DNA of 34,543 nucleotides, taken from assembly GCA_964361495.1 (NCBI GenBank), contig CAYIAH010000002.1:6217-40759 (forward strand). The letters are read 5' to 3'. This DNA is from an uncultured Candidatus Saccharibacteria bacterium. GTDB taxonomy: Bacteria; Patescibacteriota; Minisyncoccia; Sungbacterales; HO2-52-23. The notes beneath the pieces are model-generated. The model saw nothing but the letters and a program-made list of their open reading frames with translations, did not search any database and had not been told where the DNA came from. Both the position numbers and the translations under genes were made by a program. Shown one piece after another: positions 9,102 to 17,056 of this stretch (positions are counted from its first letter, which is position 1; the number at the start of each line of letters is the position of its first letter).

Positions 9102-10796
9102 TCACCGCATTTCCTCGCCATCCCAGCTCTTAGGGAGCATTCCTACTTTCAGAAGCCGGCGTTCAAAAGTATGCCAGAATGCATAGACCGCTTCCTCGCG
9201 AAGTGCGGCAAGCATTCCGAAGTATACCGCGATCCCCGCCGCTCCCGCGACAACCCCCTGCGCGAGCACCTGCGCCAAGCTAATAAGCGGAAACGTATGC
9301 GAGAAACTTGCTCGGACCAGATACGCAACGCCGCCTGCCGCGAGCGACGCCGCACCAATCTTCAGCAACGCGATACCCGGAAACGCGCCGTCTCGCCCAA
9401 GGACGCGGCGCGCGAGCTGCCGCAGGGCAATGAAAAGTACCACCACATTGACCGTCACGCCGATTGCAAATCCAAGACCGAGTCCGAGCACTTCCGGATT
9501 TTGAAGATCGTCAATCCTGAAAAATGCCGCGAGTTCCCTGCCGAACATATTCTCCGGATTGCCCAACGCCTGCACGAACAAAAAAGCACATGCAATAGAA
9601 AGTCCTGATGCGCCAACATTGATGATGAGCGGAAGCCATGTCCGCTCAAGCGCGTAAAAACCGCGCAGAAGCAACGTGATCAAACTTCCCCCGCCGATCG
9701 CGAGCGCAAGCGCCGCGAGAACCGCCGCCGTGAGTCGCGTGTCCTCCCATGAAAACGCGCCCGCGCCCAGCGCCGCACGCACCAGATGCGCGCGAAGAAT
9801 AACCATAAGCACCGCGCTCGGCATAACCCAGAAAAGAATTGTCCGAATGCCGGTATGGAGCTCTTCAAAAAATTCGCGTCCATTTTTCCCCAGATACGCC
9901 CGGTTGAGCCGCGGAAAAAGAGCAATGCTGTAGCTCACGCCAAAAATGCCGATCGGCACAAAATAAAGATTGTACGCAAGCGTGTACACCGCAACGCTCC
10001 CTTCATTCAGGGTCGAACCGAGCGCCAAGAGCGCCACGGTCGTGATCTGAGAAACGGAAATGGAGAGCACCCGCGGAAACGACACCGCGGCAACTCTCCC
10101 CACTCCGTCGCGCATGAAGTGAAGAAAAAAGCGCGGCGCAAATCCAAGAGTCCGCGCTGATATAAATTGAATCCCCATGTGAAGAAACGCTCCTGTAATG
10201 ACTCCGAGTCCGGCTCCAAACACGCCCATCGACGGCGCGAGAAAGATAATTCCCGCAATGATTCCCAGATTGTAAAGAATGGGCGCCAATGCAAAAATAA
10301 CGAATCGCCCAAAGGTCTGGACCACTGCGGAAAATATGCTTGAGAGACCGAGAAAAATGGGCGCAACCAAGAGGATTCGAGCGAGTGCCGCGGTAGACGC
10401 CTGCTCTTCTGGCGAGAAACCCGGCGCGATCACGCGAATCATCTGCGGGACGCCGAAAACCGCCGCCGCGGTCAATCCCGCCGCGATGACAACGAAGAGC
10501 GAAGTCACGCCGGAAATCAGCTGTTTCGCGCGGCGTGTATCGCTCCCGAGATATTCCTGAAAGACCGGGATGATCGCAGCGCTTGCCGCACCCAGCAAAA
10601 AAAGCGTGGAGAGAAAATCGGGGATCTGAAACGCTGCATAGTAAATGTCGAGCTCGCGGCCTGCGCCGAAATGCGCCGCAAGCAGACGATCGCGAAGGAT
10701 TCCCAAAATTCTGCTTAAAAGTCCCGCGACTCCCAAGAGCAGAGCCGCGGCGTGAACGCTCGATACTTCATGGTTAAAAACCCCAAATCCGATCAT
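9102..10796 (-). CDS. murJ: Lipid II flippase MurJ (MviN)
   Basis: LSRILGILRDRLLAAHFGAGRELDIYYAAFQIPD, PILYNLGII, PIGIFG, LRGFYA; many TM helices. Confidence 0.93.
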   Translation of the reverse strand: MIGFGVFNHEVSSVHAAALLLGVAGLLSRILGILRDRLLAAHFGAGRELDIYYAAFQIPDFLSTLFLLGAASAAIIPVFQEYLGSDTRRAKQLISGVTSLFVVIAAGLTAAAVFGVPQMIRVIAPGFSPEEQASTAALARILLVAPIFLGLSSIFSAVVQTFGRFVIFALAPILYNLGIIAGIIFLAPSMGVFGAGLGVITGAFLHMGIQFISARTLGFAPRFFLHFMRDGVGRVAAVSFPRVLSISVSQITTVALLALGSTLNEGSVAVYTLAYNLYFVPIGIFGVSYSIALFPRLNRAYLGKNGREFFEELHTGIRTILFWVMPSAVLMVILRAHLVRAALGAGAFSWEDTRLTAAVLAALALAIGGGSLITLLLRGFYALERTWLPLIINVGASGLSIACAFLFVQALGNPENMFGRELAAFFRIDDLQNPEVLGLGLGFAIGVTVNVVVLFIALRQLARRVLGRDGAFPGIALLKIGAASLAAGGVAYLVRASFSHTFPLISLAQVLAQGVVAGAAGIAVYFGMLAALREEAVYAFWHTFERRLLKVGMLPKSWDGEEMR

Positions 10797-13372
10797 GGTC
10801 TCGCCCGACCGCTTTTTCCTTTTTCCTTCCCCTCTTCAAGAGGAACTTCCTTGCGTTTTTCCGGCGGCTCTCCAGGCGGCACAATCCCTTCCAATGCCGG
10901 CTTGTCTCTCCGGAGATTCTCTAAAATCCTTGCTACTTCCTGATTATCTGGATTGGACTTTCTCACTAACTCAAACTCCGCTGACGCCCGTGTCCGATCT
11001 CCTTTGCGATCGTAAATCAAACCAAGGAAATAACGCGCGTTGGAATAATTCGCATTGAGCGATACCGCCCGCTCAAATTCAAGCTGTGCCTTGTCCACCT
11101 GATTCGTCTGGTAATAAAGGACGCCAAGCTGAAATGCGACGCCGATGTCAAAAGGGGCGATTGTTTTAGTAATCTCCCCGCTCTTAATCGCCTGCTCGAC
11201 ATTGCCGAGACGCAACGCGGCCTGCGTCAGGAGAAAATGCGCCTGCGCGTAATCGGACTTAAGAGAGACCGCTTTCTCAAGCGATTTTCTCGCCTCCTCA
11301 AGCGCGCCCCGCCGCGCCGCGTCAAGTGACGCCCGTTCTTCCTCGCGCACTTGCCCAATCCCGAGCTGAATCCGATCCGCAAGCGTCAAAAGCGCTCTCC
11401 CCCGATCAACGACGAGCGCCGGATTTGAAGGATCAAATTCCGCCGCTTTCAGATAACTTTCATTCGCAAGACGTTCCGAGCCCTGCACAAAAGGAATCAG
11501 CGTCTCGTAGAACGCCCCTTGCACGCGCCACACCAAAGGATCGCGCGGATTAAGAGCGGTCGCGCGGGATGCGTGTTGGATCGCGCGCGCGACGGCTGTC
11601 TGAAATTCCTGTTCAACTTTCTCTCCGCGCGCGGCGCGCCCAAGAAGCGTCTTCATCTTTGAAATTGAAATCTCAATAAATCCGAGATCGGTCCGAAAAT
11701 TCCCTTTCTCAAACGCCGAAGCGTTTTCAAACTGCTCAAGCGCGCGATCAACATTTCCCTCGCGAAAAGAAGCAACCCCGCGCTCACGGGCAAATGCGGC
11801 GCGCGCCTGCGTCGCTTCAAAATAAATGACGCCGAGTCCCAAAAATAGAAAAAAGATGACAAAGAGCGACGACATGAAAAGCGCCCATGGCTCTTCAAAA
11901 CGAATGGTGCGTTCCCGGAGCGCGAAGAAAGAAGAGAACGCCATACTTTTTTCTTCACCTCCCGCGCCCTCAACAAACGCATTGTTATTTTCCTTTCCGG
12001 AAAAAAAATTATTGGCCGCCGGTCCCGCGCGCAGAAGACTCGTGAGAAGTCCGATCAAAATAAAAAGCAGGAGAACCAGAGTGAAATTTGCCGGATAGAG
12101 AAATGCAGCGAGCGCGAGCGCGATCACGCCGAGCATCAATCCTTTCGTGATACCCGGCGTCTCGCGAACTACAAGAAGCATTTTTAAAGGAATGAAGAAC
12201 GCGAGAATAATAAAAATAAGAAAGCTCACCGTTCCTGATACGCCGATCGTTGCGAGAATCGTCGAAAACCATGAGAAGCCCTGCGCAAAACGCATACCCC
12301 AAAAGGGACTCGCGTTGATCGAAGGATCTTTGTAGAGCGACCAATCAAGTCCGAATGTCCCGGGCCCCGAACCGAAAAGCGTCGCAAAAAGCCCTTCGCG
12401 GAATACCGAACGAGCAATGGCAACGGTCGTCGAAAAGGTAGGCGCGACTTCAATCGGGGGCGTAAAGAGGAACGGAGCTATACCGATAACAATCATAAAA
12501 AGCGCGAGTGCGAGCATCACCAATGTCGTCGAATATCGCCAGCCAAATCGTCTCTGTGTCGCAGAACTTCCACTTTCTTCCCCCGAGATCGCTTCCCGGA
12601 AATCGATTCTTTCTCGAGCGTATTTAACGACAAATCCAAGGAGGAACACGCCCGAGCCAAGAATAATCATCCAGCTCGCCCGATAGTTCACCAAGACAAT
12701 ATTGATGAGAGACAACCCCGCAATCGATCCAAAAAAAATCCGCCATATTTTTCTTTCCGAAAAAAAGAGAGCGCCGAGACCCATCATAAAAAACGCCGAG
12801 TACATAAGCGAGAGGCCGTTTGCAGTCCCCACCACGTTAAAATCCTGACCCTGCGCGCCCGGAATTCCAACGAGCCCGCCGATTGAAATCCCAGAAATAA
12901 ATTGGAATGCGGTCATAAGCGCCCCTGCACCGCCCGATGCCATGAGCACGAGAAACGCTAATTTCCATTCGCGACGGCTTCGCATCGCCGCTCCTAAGAG
13001 CACCATGGCAAGCATCCCCAATGCGAGTGTCGAAAATTTCTCGGCGCTCACATCGCCAAAGAAAGAGGCCTTAATCGGCACGCGAGAAAATACGGCGCTC
13101 ACCGCCCAGACGACCATCAACAATCCCGCTCCCCAAAGAATCGCTGAATGCGTATATCTGATTTCTCCGCGCGAAAAAAGAGAGAGAAGCCACAAGAGTG
13201 CCGCAAGCACAATAAGAATACTCAAGGTAATTTCCCGTCCGATGTCCGGTTCAATCTGCAAAGGGATAAACCAAATCGGCACAAGGGCAATCGCGAGATA
13301 CAACAATACTTTTGCCCCAAACTCAAAGTAATTAAAAATAGAAGAGGAATTCATAGAAACAATAATAAACAA
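10793..13372 (-). CDS. Polytopic membrane protein with O-antigen ligase/Wzy-like region and C-terminal TPR repeats
   Basis: About a dozen hydrophobic segments, LFGSGPGTF loop typical of O-antigen-ligase-like proteins, several TPR-like repeats. ATGA overlap with murJ. Start may be 13354. Confidence 0.75.
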   Translation of the reverse strand: MFIIVSMNSSSIFNYFEFGAKVLLYLAIALVPIWFIPLQIEPDIGREITLSILIVLAALLWLLSLFSRGEIRYTHSAILWGAGLLMVVWAVSAVFSRVPIKASFFGDVSAEKFSTLALGMLAMVLLGAAMRSRREWKLAFLVLMASGGAGALMTAFQFISGISIGGLVGIPGAQGQDFNVVGTANGLSLMYSAFFMMGLGALFFSERKIWRIFFGSIAGLSLINIVLVNYRASWMIILGSGVFLLGFVVKYARERIDFREAISGEESGSSATQRRFGWRYSTTLVMLALALFMIVIGIAPFLFTPPIEVAPTFSTTVAIARSVFREGLFATLFGSGPGTFGLDWSLYKDPSINASPFWGMRFAQGFSWFSTILATIGVSGTVSFLIFIILAFFIPLKMLLVVRETPGITKGLMLGVIALALAAFLYPANFTLVLLLFILIGLLTSLLRAGPAANNFFSGKENNNAFVEGAGGEEKSMAFSSFFALRERTIRFEEPWALFMSSLFVIFFLFLGLGVIYFEATQARAAFARERGVASFREGNVDRALEQFENASAFEKGNFRTDLGFIEISISKMKTLLGRAARGEKVEQEFQTAVARAIQHASRATALNPRDPLVWRVQGAFYETLIPFVQGSERLANESYLKAAEFDPSNPALVVDRGRALLTLADRIQLGIGQVREEERASLDAARRGALEEARKSLEKAVSLKSDYAQAHFLLTQAALRLGNVEQAIKSGEITKTIAPFDIGVAFQLGVLYYQTNQVDKAQLEFERAVSLNANYSNARYFLGLIYDRKGDRTRASAEFELVRKSNPDNQEVARILENLRRDKPALEGIVPPGEPPEKRKEVPLEEGKEKGKSGRARP

Positions 13373-13478
13373 AAAGTTAAGTTAGACTAGATAAAAATGG
13401 ATGTAAGCGATGATTATACAATACTCTTGCCCCTCTCTACGGGTCAAGATCCGTCAAGAAACCGATCGCGACCACGTC

Positions 13479-13487
13479 TGTGGATAA
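13479..13487 (-). promoter_or_regulatory. Perfect DnaA box (TTATCCACA)
   Basis: TGTGGATAA on the + strand within an AT-rich divergent intergenic region. Confidence 0.5.
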
Positions 13488-13624
13488 CTCTCATTGACTC
13501 ATCATGTTACCGCGGAAGAAAATGTGTAATAATAAAACAAACATTACTAAAACCGCATGACCCTTTATAAACATTGCTATTCATCCATCACTTATATAGT
13601 AAGGTTTATAGAGGTTTTCTCAAT

Positions 13625-13849
13625 ATGAATGATGACCGATATCTCTCCATACATGAGGCCGCGAAATTTCTTGGAGTCACTTCTCTGACGCTCCGCAATT
13701 GGGATAAAAAGGGAGTCCTCACTGCGTATCGCAATCCGGTAAATAACTACCGCGTCTATCGCCGCGACCAGATTGATTTTTTTCTGAGACGAATGGAGAA
13801 TTCAAAAAATAGACAACGGGGAAGAAAAATTGATATTTCCGTGGCCTGA
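13625..13849 (+). CDS. MerR-like/excisionase-like stand-alone HTH DNA-binding protein
   Basis: YLSIHEAAKFLGVTSLTLRNWDKKG..RNPVNNYRVY; ATG 13625, 74 aa. Confidence 0.85.
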   Translation: MNDDRYLSIHEAAKFLGVTSLTLRNWDKKGVLTAYRNPVNNYRVYRRDQIDFFLRRMENSKNRQRGRKIDISVA

Positions 13850-13867
13850 TTTTTCAATATTGAAAAA
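13850..13867. repeat. Perfect 18-bp palindrome TTTTTCAATATTGAAAAA
   Basis: Read directly; starts immediately after the HTH gene stop codon. Confidence 0.7.
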
Positions 13868-13870
13868 GCC

Positions 13871-13908
13871 ACATCATAAAATCCGGCGTGCGCCGGATTT
13901 TATGATGT
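13871..13908. terminator. 18-bp perfect inverted repeat, likely bidirectional terminator between the HTH gene and rnpB
   Basis: ACATCATAAAATCCGGCG-TG-CGCCGGATTTTATGATGT, with A/T runs flanking the GC core on both strands. Confidence 0.75.
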
Positions 13909-14343
13909 TCCTTCCATCTATAAGCCGAATTCTGTCCGAGCGCATCACGCACTCGGGGTGATCATTTCTCTGGTCTCGGCATTACTTTCGAGATCAAGCC
14001 CTCTTCCCCACTTCAAAGATGGAGAGAAGTTGCACCGGATAGGTGTTTTTCTCTCCCGCGAGTTGCCTCGCGGGACTGTGAGCTCTTACCTCACCTCTTT
14101 TCACCCTTGCGCGATCAACGTTCTTGGCTTTCAACCGAGAATGATGACGTCCGCGGTATAGTTTCTGTGACACTGTCCCGTTCGTCAATGATTGGTAACT
14201 GTAACCAGTAACTAGTCACTGACTATGGCGGCCGTTAGCCGTTATCTCTAACTCGACATTTCGATATTCCGAAAAGTCGAGCTGGTGTTCGGACTTTCCT
14301 CCCCTGCCTCAACGGGCAGGAGCGATCACCCGATGGAAAGAAC
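13907..14343 (-). ncRNA. rnpB: RNase P RNA
   Basis: Minus strand has GAGGAAAGUCC, AGUGUCACAGAAA, GGUGAAA, GGUAAGAGC and ACAGAAUUCGGCUUA; P1 GUUCUUUCCAUC/GAUGGAAGGAAC; P2 GGUGAUC/GAUCACC. Confidence 0.95.
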
Positions 14344-14349
14344 AACAAT

Positions 14350-14378
14350 AGTATACTCCTTTGGGCAATAAAAATCAA
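14350..14378 (-). promoter_or_regulatory. rnpB promoter (TTGATT-17-TATACT)
   Basis: Predicted start site near 14343 coincides with the 5' end of helix P1. Confidence 0.7.
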
Positions 14379-14824
14379 GAGAAGAGTTTCATTTGTTCGC
14401 GATCGAGCGCTTCGTTCACAAGGCGATCCGCATCACGATTCTGTTCCCTCCGGATGTGATGAAACTGAACATTATTGAACTCAAGCTTGAGATTCCATAT
14501 TTTAATGAACAAAGGGAACAGTCGTTCCTCCTCAATTTTATACTGTCCCGTGAGCTGACGAGCCACAAGCTCACTATCCATTCTCATCTCAACGCGAGCT
14601 TCATGCGCGCGCGCGCCGCCGATGAGCGCTTTTATTTTCTCGAGCGCCCGCGCGACCGCCCGATATTCGGCTTCATTGTTCGTCGCGATCCCCAACGACT
14701 CGCCGAAACTTTTCATCACCTTTCCTTCGGCATCCTGAATGACGACGCCGACTGCCGCAGGTCCCGGATTCCCCCGCGCCCCGCCGTCCGTATAGACAAT
14801 AAATTTTTCTGAATTTTTTGCCAT
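14375..14824 (-). CDS. rnhA: Ribonuclease HI family protein
   Basis: YTDGGARGNPGPA, TNNEAEY, DSELV, HIRREQNRDADRLVN (D-E-D-D catalytic set); compact type without basic protrusion. Confidence 0.92.
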   Translation of the reverse strand: MAKNSEKFIVYTDGGARGNPGPAAVGVVIQDAEGKVMKSFGESLGIATNNEAEYRAVARALEKIKALIGGARAHEARVEMRMDSELVARQLTGQYKIEEERLFPLFIKIWNLKLEFNNVQFHHIRREQNRDADRLVNEALDREQMKLFS

Positions 14825-14825
14825 A

Positions 14826-15602
14826 TCAGATACTATACCCGATTTTCTTCAACCAGTACGCATTATCCCATTCCCAAAGGATCTTTGCCGCAACAAACGC
14901 GCGGGCATCTCTTTGAGAAAAAGGAAATTCCCGCAGTTCGACATCGCCCTCCTCATCGCCCCACTGATGTTCGGCGCATGCCCCCTTGCCGTTCCGGATT
15001 TTCGTTCTCCCTCCTTTGGTGCGCAGTGTTCCCCCGCAAACGCGGCAGATCCGACGCTGGTCAATCCGCAGGATCCAGCGCGTCCCGATCTCTGACGTGA
15101 GGCCAAGAATCTTGCGCACCGACAGTTCCTGAAGTGCAGTCGCATACGCAGCAGTCTGCAGGTTATACTCAGGATAAAACCCTGTGGATGTTTTTATGTC
15201 AAGGACGCCAAGCTTTCCGTCAATAGTCGCGAGCGCATCAATTGTTCCCGCATATCGATACCGCTGAGACCACACCGTGCGTTCAATGAATTCGGGATGA
15301 AATGCGATCTTCCGATGCGCATTGAACACGCGGAATGCCGCGACCGCAGGAACGATCACCGAAGGAATCTCAACCGTTTCGCCGCGAACCACTTTCTGTA
15401 TAGTTTCGTGTACCAGCGAACCGTGCGCCGCGGATTTTTCTTTCACTTCTTCCGCGGATGCATAACTGCCCATCTCTTTAAAAAAACCTTCAAGCGCGGG
15501 CTTCGCTTTTATGTCTAAAATCTTGGTCACGCGGGGATACCATGTGCCATTCACTTCATATCCATTATGCGCTTTGAACTCAATTCCGTCCTTGTACCAC
15601 AC
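14826..15602 (-). CDS. PD-(D/E)XK (RecB-like) nuclease, MGME1/phage exonuclease-like, with putative Zn-ribbon insert
   Basis: YPRVTKIL, GSLVHE, YAGTIDAL, LDIKTS and LQTAAY motifs; CRVC...CAEH insert near the C-terminus; GTG start. Confidence 0.8.
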   Translation of the reverse strand: MWYKDGIEFKAHNGYEVNGTWYPRVTKILDIKAKPALEGFFKEMGSYASAEEVKEKSAAHGSLVHETIQKVVRGETVEIPSVIVPAVAAFRVFNAHRKIAFHPEFIERTVWSQRYRYAGTIDALATIDGKLGVLDIKTSTGFYPEYNLQTAAYATALQELSVRKILGLTSEIGTRWILRIDQRRICRVCGGTLRTKGGRTKIRNGKGACAEHQWGDEEGDVELREFPFSQRDARAFVAAKILWEWDNAYWLKKIGYSI

Positions 15603-15612
15603 AGTAAAAAAA

Positions 15613-16776
15613 TTATCGTTTCAACGCCTCTACGCCTGCAAGCTTTTCTCCTGACAAAAACTGAAGCAATGCGCCTCCGCCGGTGGACACATGCGAAAAT
15701 CCTTTAAGCAGACGATATTTCTGCAGAATGCCGATCGTGTCGCCGCCGCCGACAACTTTATACGCCTTGACGCGGGAGAGAATCTCGGCAATCCTGCGCG
15801 TCCCCGCGGCAAAGGTCGCCGCTTCCGCATAGCCGAGCGGGCCATTCCAGAGCACCGTCCGGGCGCGCTTGAGATGGACCCCAAATGAAGCGGCAGTCGC
15901 CGGGCCGATATCCAAAGCATATTCGCGAGGATCCATGCCTTCGGGATCCGTGATGCGCCCTGATCTGCGCCCCGTCATACTCTTTGCCGCAACGACATCC
16001 TCCGGCACACAAAGCTTCTCATTCGTCTTGAGCGTATGCAATTCTTCTTTTGTGAGCGTTCCCGTGAATGGAGGAACGATGCCCATTGCTATTCCTCGTA
16101 GTGATAAAAGCGCATTCGCAAGCGCGCCGCCGACGAGGACGCGATCCGCCTGTTCAAGAAACCGCATGATCAAAGGGAGTTTCGTTTCGAGCTTCGCGCC
16201 CCCGACAATAACCACGAAAGGTCGCTTTGGACGCTCGGTCAATGCCCCAAGATGCCGCAGTTCACGCTCAAGATGAAATCCCGCATACGAAGAGAGGAGC
16301 TTCGGCAGCAATGTCATAGATGCATGCGCACGGTGACTATTCGCAAACGCTTCATTCACATAAAGATCTCCCCAGCGAGCAAGCGCTTCGGCAAATGTGG
16401 AGTCGCCGCGCTCTTCTCCGGCCCAAAAACGGATATTCTCAAACAGGAGCACGGAACCATCCATGCCATACTTTTTCAACGCGGAGCGATCAAACGGATC
16501 CGCAACAAAGGTGACTGGTTTGTTCAATAATCGCTCAAGGAGCGGCGCGATTTTTTTCAAAGAAAACTTCGCCGGAGACATCCCCTCCGGCCTGCCAAGA
16601 TGCGTTACAATCCGTATCATTCCGCCGTGCGCCGCGATCCATCGGAATGTCGGAAGCGTCTCGCGTATTCTGAATTCGTCAGCGACCTTGCCGCTCCGCA
16701 ACGGCACATCAAAATCTGCGCGCACCATGACACGCCGTCCCTTCACGTCCGCTTCTTTGAGCGAATAAATACGCAT
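15613..16776 (-). CDS. pgk: Phosphoglycerate kinase
   Basis: RADFDVP, HLGRP, ENIRF, HRAHAS, GGAK, LDIGP, WNGPLG, GGGDT, HVSTGGGA. Confidence 0.96.
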   Translation of the reverse strand: MRIYSLKEADVKGRRVMVRADFDVPLRSGKVADEFRIRETLPTFRWIAAHGGMIRIVTHLGRPEGMSPAKFSLKKIAPLLERLLNKPVTFVADPFDRSALKKYGMDGSVLLFENIRFWAGEERGDSTFAEALARWGDLYVNEAFANSHRAHASMTLLPKLLSSYAGFHLERELRHLGALTERPKRPFVVIVGGAKLETKLPLIMRFLEQADRVLVGGALANALLSLRGIAMGIVPPFTGTLTKEELHTLKTNEKLCVPEDVVAAKSMTGRRSGRITDPEGMDPREYALDIGPATAASFGVHLKRARTVLWNGPLGYAEAATFAAGTRRIAEILSRVKAYKVVGGGDTIGILQKYRLLKGFSHVSTGGGALLQFLSGEKLAGVEALKR

Positions 16777-16817
16777 ATCCCCATGCTATCCCATTCATGT
16801 TAGAATGTCATCATTAC

Positions 16818-17042
16818 CACCTCGGAGGGAGAAACCCTTGCGGCTTCGCGCGCGAAAGACCCGGGGTGATTCTTCCCGCTCGCACGTGCTTCGCACGGCT
16901 CGCGGAATCGCCCGTTGAAGCAGTGCTTCAACCCTTCCGACGCTCGCTTCGCTCACTGCCTCCCCCTTCCAAGGAGGCCGTAGAACGGAGAATGAATCTC
17001 CGTTCTACGGCGGGATTTATACCCCGCGCCAAGGGCGCGGGG
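16818..17042. other. GC-rich multi-hairpin intergenic element (REP-like repeat or unknown structured RNA)
   Basis: Inverted repeats at 16914-16932, 16977-17011 (15-bp perfect arms) and 17022-17042; several GCTTCGC motifs; 5' part similar to 29928-29958. Confidence 0.6.
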
Positions 17043-17056
17043 AGATCACTACGATT

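Noticed and set aside
13373-13624. Replication origin
   Set aside because: Only one perfect DnaA box was found and there is no dnaA/dnaN nearby, which is insufficient without skew data.
13625-13849. IS607 element
   Set aside because: Only an HTH domain is present; no serine recombinase domain or tnpB.
13958-14188. Short ORFs on both strands
   Set aside because: They lie within the RNase P RNA gene.
14826-15602. Nuclease as Cas4 of a CRISPR system or as a prophage gene
   Set aside because: It lacks the Cas4 1+3 Cys Fe-S arrangement, and there is no cas1/cas2, array or phage gene nearby.
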